Assembly: GCA_049971295.1 (NCBI GenBank)
Contig: JBMFLH010000010.1
Location: 1-31,595 of the forward strand
Length of the DNA: 31,595 nucleotides
Direction of reading: 5' to 3'
Source of the DNA: Candidatus Ratteibacteria bacterium
Lineage (GTDB): Bacteria; Ratteibacteria; UBA8468; B48-G9; DTJG01
Shown in pieces: positions 25,832 to 31,595 of the stretch; positions within the stretch are counted from its first letter, which is position 1; every line of letters starts with the position of its first letter. The notes beneath the pieces are model-generated. The model saw only the letters and a list, made by a program, of their open reading frames with translations. It was not told where the DNA came from and made no database searches. A program made the translations under genes and the position numbers.

Positions 25832-26092
25832 ATGCATGAGATAAGTGTGATTGAAAATCTTGTACGGCTGTTAAAAAATGTTTGTGAAAAAGAAAAGGCG
25901 ATGAAGGTTGTAACTGTCCAGATTACCATACATCCTTTCAGCTGCCTTGACGAAGAAAATCTTAATTTTATGTTTTCCTGCGTTGTTGGCGAGGATCCCT
26001 TGCTTAAAGGGGCAAAAATTAAAGTAAGAAGGAATAAAAATTTACAGGAGCCAGAATATATTGTTGATAATGTTGAACTTGAAATTCAATAA
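25832..26092 (+). CDS. hypA: HypA nickel metallochaperone, short form lacking the Zn-binding domain
   Basis: MHE N-terminal Ni motif, FSCLDEENLNFMF, LKGAKIKV, terminal EYIVDNVELE strand; no CxxC pairs; directly upstream of hypB. Confidence 0.8.
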   Translation: MHEISVIENLVRLLKNVCEKEKAMKVVTVQITIHPFSCLDEENLNFMFSCVVGEDPLLKGAKIKVRRNKNLQEPEYIVDNVELEIQ

Positions 26093-26107
26093 ATCAGGGA
26101 GCATGAT

Positions 26108-26779
26108 ATGGCTTTAAAAAAAATCGAAATCGGTGAAAATCTCATGGTGAAGAATGATCAGATAGCAGCAGAAAATAAAAAAATTTTGAAAGAACACAAT
26201 ATTTTTTCTATTAATTTAATGGGTGGTCCTGGTTCAGGGAAAACAGCAATTCTTGAAAAACTGATTCCAGAAATGAAAAAAAGAAAAATTTCCTGCGGTG
26301 TAATTGAGGGAGATATCGCAGGAACTTTTGATGGTGAAAGGATTTCTAAACTTGATGTTCCTGTTATTCAAATCAATACAGGTGGCGCCTGTCATCTTGA
26401 AGCAATGATGATAAGGAAAGGAATTGAAAATTTACCACTTTCTGAAATTAAACTACTCTTTATTGAAAATGTGGGAAACCTTGTATGCCCGGCTGAATTC
26501 AAACTTGGAGTTGATTGTAATGTAACAGTTTCAAGCATTACAGAAGGAGAAGAAAAACCATTCAAATACCCACTGATGTATTCTATTTCTGATGTGGTTA
26601 TTATTAATAAAATTGACCTTTCAGATGTGGTTGAATTCAACGTTGATAGATTCATTAACTTTCTGAAAAAAATAAAGCCAGAAATTCCTGTACTTTATAT
26701 ATCTGCAAAAACTGGTAAGAACATTGAACTTCTTGCTGACTATATTGAAAGAGGTGTGTTTAACGATGAAAAGAGTTAA
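26108..26779 (+). CDS. hypB: Hydrogenase nickel incorporation GTPase HypB
   Basis: GGPGSGKT, IEGD, GGACHLEA, IENVGNLVCPAEF, KPFKYP, NKID, SAKTG. Confidence 0.95.
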   Translation: MALKKIEIGENLMVKNDQIAAENKKILKEHNIFSINLMGGPGSGKTAILEKLIPEMKKRKISCGVIEGDIAGTFDGERISKLDVPVIQINTGGACHLEAMMIRKGIENLPLSEIKLLFIENVGNLVCPAEFKLGVDCNVTVSSITEGEEKPFKYPLMYSISDVVIINKIDLSDVVEFNVDRFINFLKKIKPEIPVLYISAKTGKNIELLADYIERGVFNDEKS

Positions 26780-29057
26780 AGTACTTATCACTGGAATTGT
26801 GCAGGGCGTTGGTTTTAGACCATTTGTTTATCGGGTTGCAAGAAAATATGACATCAGTGGGTTTGTGAAAAATGCAATGGATGGGGTAATTATTGAGGCA
26901 GAAGGCAAAACTGAAAATGTTAATGGTTTTTTGAAAGAGATTCAGGAACAACCACCTGTCAATGCAAGAATTAAATCGGTTTTTGTAAAAAACATTTCAG
27001 TCAAAAAATCAAAAAGCTTTACTATTTCAAAAAGCAATGGTCATCTCAAAGAAAAAATTGAAATGCCGCCTGATATTGCAATATGTTCTGATTGTCGCAA
27101 AGAGATTATTGATTCTAAAAATCGCAGATACTGGTATCCATTCACTAATTGTGTTAACTGTGGACCAAGATTTACGATTATTAAGAAACTGCCTTTTGAC
27201 AGAGGAAATACTTCAATGGACAGTTTCAGGATGTGTAAAGAGTGCCGGGCAGAATATGTAAACGTGCAGGATAGAAGATTTCATGCTCAGACAAATTGTT
27301 GTGAAAAATGCGGTCCCCAGGTATTTTTAACAGACTGCTATGGCAGGCGGATTTCAAAAGGAAAAAATGCCTTTGAAAAGACAGGCGCTCTTTTGCTTAA
27401 AGACCACATTGTTGCCATTAAAGGAATTGGCGGGTTTCATCTTGCCTGTAATGCTCTATCAACAACTGCTGTAAAAAATCTTCGTACCCGGAAAGGCAGA
27501 GAAGAAAAGCCATTTGCTTTAATGGCGAGAGACATTGAAACGATTGAGAAGTACTGTAGAATCTCCGCTACAGAGATTGATTATTTAATTTCTTCTTCAG
27601 CGCCCATTGTTCTTTTGCGGAAGAAAGGACACCAGTACTGGTTTGACCATGTTGCACCAGGAAATAATTACCTCGGTGTGATGTTACCGTATTCAGGAAT
27701 ACATCAGTTGATTTTTGAGTCAAGCCCGGATATTAAACTATTGGTGATGACAAGCGGAAATATTTCTGAGGAGCCAATCTGCATTGATAATGAGGAGGCG
27801 ATAAGACGGCTTTTTAGTGTTGCTGACTATTTCCTTTTTCACGACAGAGAAATTTCCTCAGGTTGTGATGATTCAGTGATGAGAGTTTTTCCAGACCACA
27901 ACACGTTGATGATAAGAAGGTCAAGAGGGTTTGCTCCAGAATCAATGTTTTTACCATTTACTACAAGAAAACAAATTTTATCTTGTGGCGCTGATAATAA
28001 AAATATTTTTGGTCTTGCCTGTAAAAATCATTTGTATCTCAGTCATCATATTGGAGACCTTGAAAATGTGTTGAGCTTTGAGTCATACAGGAAAACAATT
28101 GAAAAATATTTAAGAATACTGAGAATAAAACCAGATTTAGTAGCATATGATGCTCACCCTGAATATTTTTCTTCCTTTTTTGCAATGTCAGACGAGTTTA
28201 TCAAAAATGCTAAAAAAATACCTGTTTTTCATCATCATGCTCATGTGTGTTCGTGTATGATAGAAAATTCTTTGCCAGATAAACCGGTGCTTGGTCTTGC
28301 TTTTGATGGAACAGGATACGGTGTAGACGGTACACTGTGGGGAAGTGAATTTTTGTTGTGTGATTATAAGCATTTTCGACGCCTGGCACATTTAAAAAAT
28401 GTGAAACTCCCAGGTGGAGAAAAGGCAATCCGACAAATATGGAGAATTGCACTATCATTTCTCATGGATGCGTTTGATGGGGAAATCCCGCAAGGTTTCT
28501 TCAAAGGTATTGAATCAGAAAGATTATCTCTGGTATGCAGTATGATAAAAAGGGGAATAAATAGTCCCTATGCCTGTGGACTTGGAAGAATTTTTGATGC
28601 AGTAAGTGCCCTTTGCGGATTAAGAAATGAAGTAAATTACGAAGGCCAGGCAGCAGTTGAACTTGAGTCAATAATGACAGAAGAAGAAAATAACACTTCT
28701 TATGATTTTGATATCATTTTCGAATCAGAAGAAATTATTGTTGACCATAAAAAGATTATTCGCGGTATTGTTGAGGACATTTTACAAAATACACCTGTAG
28801 GGCGTATTTCTTACCGTTTTCATTTGACAGTGGTACAATTTACTGTTGATATTTGTCGTTTGTTACGTGAAAAAACTCATGTTTCAGATGTTGTTCTTTC
28901 TGGTGGAAGCTTTCAAAATGTATTCCTTTATACAAATATTAAGAAAATGCTTGAAAAGGATGGATTCAAAGTATATTCGCATAAAATGATTCCGACCAAT
29001 GACGCTGGAATTGCAGCAGGTCAATGCGCTGTTGCGAATTTTCAAAGCAAACAGTAA
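26766..29057 (+). CDS. hypF: Carbamoyltransferase HypF
   Basis: Start at ATG 26766. Acylphosphatase GIVQGVGFRPFVY, two Zn fingers (CSDC/CVNCGPRF; CKEC/RRFHAQ..CEKCGP), KGIGGFHLAC, HHHAH, FDGTGYG, PTNDAG. Confidence 0.96.
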   Translation: MKRVKVLITGIVQGVGFRPFVYRVARKYDISGFVKNAMDGVIIEAEGKTENVNGFLKEIQEQPPVNARIKSVFVKNISVKKSKSFTISKSNGHLKEKIEMPPDIAICSDCRKEIIDSKNRRYWYPFTNCVNCGPRFTIIKKLPFDRGNTSMDSFRMCKECRAEYVNVQDRRFHAQTNCCEKCGPQVFLTDCYGRRISKGKNAFEKTGALLLKDHIVAIKGIGGFHLACNALSTTAVKNLRTRKGREEKPFALMARDIETIEKYCRISATEIDYLISSSAPIVLLRKKGHQYWFDHVAPGNNYLGVMLPYSGIHQLIFESSPDIKLLVMTSGNISEEPICIDNEEAIRRLFSVADYFLFHDREISSGCDDSVMRVFPDHNTLMIRRSRGFAPESMFLPFTTRKQILSCGADNKNIFGLACKNHLYLSHHIGDLENVLSFESYRKTIEKYLRILRIKPDLVAYDAHPEYFSSFFAMSDEFIKNAKKIPVFHHHAHVCSCMIENSLPDKPVLGLAFDGTGYGVDGTLWGSEFLLCDYKHFRRLAHLKNVKLPGGEKAIRQIWRIALSFLMDAFDGEIPQGFFKGIESERLSLVCSMIKRGINSPYACGLGRIFDAVSALCGLRNEVNYEGQAAVELESIMTEEENNTSYDFDIIFESEEIIVDHKKIIRGIVEDILQNTPVGRISYRFHLTVVQFTVDICRLLREKTHVSDVVLSGGSFQNVFLYTNIKKMLEKDGFKVYSHKMIPTNDAGIAAGQCAVANFQSKQ

Positions 29058-29071
29058 TTTAAGGAGGGTGT

Positions 29072-29293
29072 ATGTGTCTTGCCATACCGATGAGAGTAAT
29101 CAGTGTGAACGGGAAAAAAGCGTTTGCAAATCTCGGCGGAACAAAAAGAGAAGTTGATATATCTCTGGTCAAAAACATTAAAGCTGGCGATTACATTATT
29201 GTTCATGCAGGGTTTGCGATTCAGAAGCTTAACAAAAAGGATGCATTGGTTACATTGAAACTATTTGAGAGAATGAAAAATGAAACATATTGA
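29072..29293 (+). CDS. hypC: Hydrogenase maturation chaperone HypC
   Basis: MCLAIP N-terminus, GDYIIVHAGFAI; SD AAGGAGG. Confidence 0.96.
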   Translation: MCLAIPMRVISVNGKKAFANLGGTKREVDISLVKNIKAGDYIIVHAGFAIQKLNKKDALVTLKLFERMKNETY

Positions 29294-30377
29294 CAGATTC
29301 AGTGACCCTGAAACTGTAAGGGCATTGCTTACCATGATTTATGCAGTAGCAAATGGTATTAAAAAGGCAGTGAAATTGATGGAGGTATGTGGTACTCACA
29401 CAATGGCAATATCTCGTTTCGGGTTGCGAGAGTTACTACCGGAAAATGTTAAACTGATTTCAGGTCCAGGATGCCCTGTTTGTGTCAGTCCCAATTCATT
29501 TATTGATAAAGCCATCGCCATTTCAAAACTGAAGGATGTTAGAATTGCGACATTCGGAGATATGTACAGGGTCCCTTCAGCCAGATCTTCTCTTGAAAAA
29601 GAGCAGAGCAACGGTGCCAGAATTGATATTGTTTATTCACCTCTTGATGCCCTTGAAATCGCAAGAAATAAGACCAGGGAAAAAGTTGTGTTTCTTGGAG
29701 TGGGATTTGAAACAACAGCACCACTGGTTGCGAGTGTCATTAAATATGCAAAAAAATACAGGATTAATAATTTTACGGTGCTATCAGGACATAAAATCAT
29801 TCCGCCTGCGATGGAAGCACTTGTCAGGGATACTCAACATTCTATAGATGGTTTTATCTGTCCCGGGCATGTTAGCGTTGTGATTGGCGCAAGGCCGTAT
29901 GAAATTTTTCCGCAGCATTATGGAATACCATGTGTGATATCAGGGTTTGAACCGTGCGATATTCTCCAATCTATATTGCTATTACTGGAAATGATTAGTG
30001 GTAAACAAACCAGTACCGTGAAAATACAATATTCTCGCTGCGTAACAAGAAATGGAAACATGACGGCGCAGAAGATAATGTATGATGTTTTTGATGTGGC
30101 TGATTCAGAATGGAGAGGAATCGGGAATATCCCAGCAAGTGGACTGGCAATAAAAGGGCAATACGCAGAATATGACGCTGAACGCATTATGAATGTTGAT
30201 GTTATGATTTCTCACGACAAAAAGGGTTGCATATGTGGAGATGTGTTAAAAGGGCTAAAAACACCCAAGAACTGTGTTTTTTTTGCAAAGAAATGCACAC
30301 CTCAACATCCTGTGGGTCCGTGTATGGTATCTTCTGAAGGAACCTGTGCTGCATATTACGCATATGAAAGACGATAA
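29280..30377 (+). CDS. hypD: Hydrogenase maturation protein HypD
   Basis: MEVCGTHT, GPGCPVC, GFETT, PGHVS, CICGDVLKG...GPCMVSSEGTCAAYY. Confidence 0.96.
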   Translation: MKHIDRFSDPETVRALLTMIYAVANGIKKAVKLMEVCGTHTMAISRFGLRELLPENVKLISGPGCPVCVSPNSFIDKAIAISKLKDVRIATFGDMYRVPSARSSLEKEQSNGARIDIVYSPLDALEIARNKTREKVVFLGVGFETTAPLVASVIKYAKKYRINNFTVLSGHKIIPPAMEALVRDTQHSIDGFICPGHVSVVIGARPYEIFPQHYGIPCVISGFEPCDILQSILLLLEMISGKQTSTVKIQYSRCVTRNGNMTAQKIMYDVFDVADSEWRGIGNIPASGLAIKGQYAEYDAERIMNVDVMISHDKKGCICGDVLKGLKTPKNCVFFAKKCTPQHPVGPCMVSSEGTCAAYYAYERR

Positions 30378-31380
30378 GATCATTCTTGCTCATGGAGCGG
30401 GTGGAAAACAGACCAGGGCGTTGATCGAAGAAATCATTCTGAAGTATTTTTCTGACCCATCACTGAAATATTTACCTGATTCCGCTGTGATTGGTATTCC
30501 GGAATTACGCAATGAAGTTTGCTTTACCACAGATTCTTATGTTGTTAGTCCAGTTTTTTTTCCAGGTGGTGATATAGGAAAACTTGCTGTATGCGGAACA
30601 ATTAATGATCTTGCTGTTTGTGGGGCAAAGCCACTATTTATTTCATGTGCGCTGATTATTGAAGAAGGTTTCAGTATTAATGATGTTGAAAGAATACTCA
30701 AGTCAATGTCAGATACAGCAAGAAAGGTCGGTGTACGAATAGTTACAGGTGATACAAAGGTTGTTGATAGAGGAAAGTGTGATGGGATTTTTATTAACAC
30801 GTCAGGAGTTGGAATTAAAAAACATCGTGTTTGTCCGGGATTAAACTCTATTAGAGCTGGCGATGCTATTATTCTTAGTGGTATTCCTGGTTTGCATGAA
30901 TTGTCGATTATGTGTGCAAGAGAAGATTTTCATTTTAGTGTGTCGTTGAAAAGTGATTGTGCTCCTATTTACAACCTTGTTGAATCAATGTTGAAGATTT
31001 CAATAGGTATCAGATTTATGAGAGACCCGACAAGAGGAGGCCTTGCTTCTGTATTAAATGAGATTGTGACAGGAAATCATTTTGGCATCAGGATTTACGA
31101 GGACAAAATCCCATTGACAGAGAATGTTCGTTCGCTTTGCGAAATTCTTGGCTTCGACATACTGAATCTTGCGAGCGAGGGTAGGGTGGTTGTGGTGGTT
31201 GATAGAAATGATGCAGAGAAAGTACTTCATACGATGAGAAAACATCCTCTTGGAAAGAGGGCTGAAATTATTGGAAGCGTTATTAAGGAATTTCCGGGTA
31301 GGGTGGTTTTAAAAACCAGGTTCGGTTCTGAAAGATTTGTTGAAATGCCTTCAGGAAGGCAATTGCCACGAATTTGTTAA
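30364..31380 (+). CDS. hypE: Carbamoyl dehydratase HypE
   Basis: Start at ATG 30364. LAHGAGG, FTTDSY, GTINDLA, GDTKVV, RDPTRGG, C-terminal PRIC. Confidence 0.96.
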   Translation: MKDDKIILAHGAGGKQTRALIEEIILKYFSDPSLKYLPDSAVIGIPELRNEVCFTTDSYVVSPVFFPGGDIGKLAVCGTINDLAVCGAKPLFISCALIIEEGFSINDVERILKSMSDTARKVGVRIVTGDTKVVDRGKCDGIFINTSGVGIKKHRVCPGLNSIRAGDAIILSGIPGLHELSIMCAREDFHFSVSLKSDCAPIYNLVESMLKISIGIRFMRDPTRGGLASVLNEIVTGNHFGIRIYEDKIPLTENVRSLCEILGFDILNLASEGRVVVVVDRNDAEKVLHTMRKHPLGKRAEIIGSVIKEFPGRVVLKTRFGSERFVEMPSGRQLPRIC

Positions 31381-31476
31381 TGATATTCCTATCAATAATG
31401 TGTCTTAAATTGGAAAGAGCGTAGCGCATACCAAATACCATTGGAGAAAATGCAGGCAGCCTCGCTTAGTCTTATT

Positions 31477-31593
31477 TTATTGAGTTTGTTTTAAGTTTTT
31501 TAATTCTACTTCAATCTGCTTGAAAAAAGCATCATAAACTTTTGGGTTATGTTCTATTTTAGCCACTAAATTTCTTATTGTAAAATAGTTTAT
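31477..31593 (-). CDS. Possible 3' end of a convergent gene entering from the right edge
   Basis: Minus-strand frame open from the edge: INYFTIRNLVAKIEHNPKVYDAFFKQIEVELKNLKQTQ-stop; 38 stop-free codons in very AT-rich DNA, but no recognisable family. Confidence 0.4.
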   Translation of the reverse strand: MNYFTIRNLVAKIEHNPKVYDAFFKQIEVELKNLKQTQ

Positions 31594-31595
31594 CA

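Noticed and set aside
957..31245. Numerous 60-170 aa alternative-frame and antisense ORFs in the track (e.g. 7804-8304, 16698-17141, 20444-20848)
   Set aside because: They lie wholly or largely within well-supported genes and show no recognisable motifs; shadow ORFs.
31381..31394. TGATA-ttcc-TATCA hairpin after hypE as an intrinsic terminator
   Set aside because: Short AT-rich stem with no U-tract; too weak to call.
1..31595. CRISPR arrays, tRNA/rRNA, IS elements, prophage or defence genes
   Set aside because: Intergenic gaps are at most about 200 nt, and I saw no repeat-spacer periodicity, cloverleaf, terminal inverted repeats or relevant protein motifs.

Overview
AT-rich bacterial chromosomal window, densely coding, with no rRNA, tRNA, CRISPR array, integrase or transposase that I can see. 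The left part (1-12.7 kb) holds the 3' end of a probable carbohydrate-active protein, a large secreted multidomain protein with a degenerate SGNH-like C-terminus, and alanine dehydrogenase. These are followed by a minus-strand run: class III aminotransferase, Gfo/Idh/MocA oxidoreductase, adenosine-specific kinase family protein, UroD/MtaA-family protein, secreted DUF4838-like protein and MgtA. The right part (12.9-31.4 kb, + strand) is a bioenergetic island. It has a K+-independent membrane H+-pyrophosphatase, a frameshifted xylose-isomerase-like TIM-barrel gene, and an 11-gene group 4 [NiFe]-hydrogenase with a complex-I-like subunit set (three antiporter-like subunits plus NuoJ/K/A/B/C/D/H/I equivalents). 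The hydrogenase keeps intact Ni-binding motifs and a cleavable C-terminal extension, and has no electron-input module and no MrpEFG Na+ module. It is followed by hycI and hypABFCDE; HypA has lost its zinc-finger domain. The best candidate for a little-described system is this Mbh/complex-I intermediate hydrogenase with its minimal Ni-insertion machinery. All product calls come from motif recognition by eye; no database searches were run.
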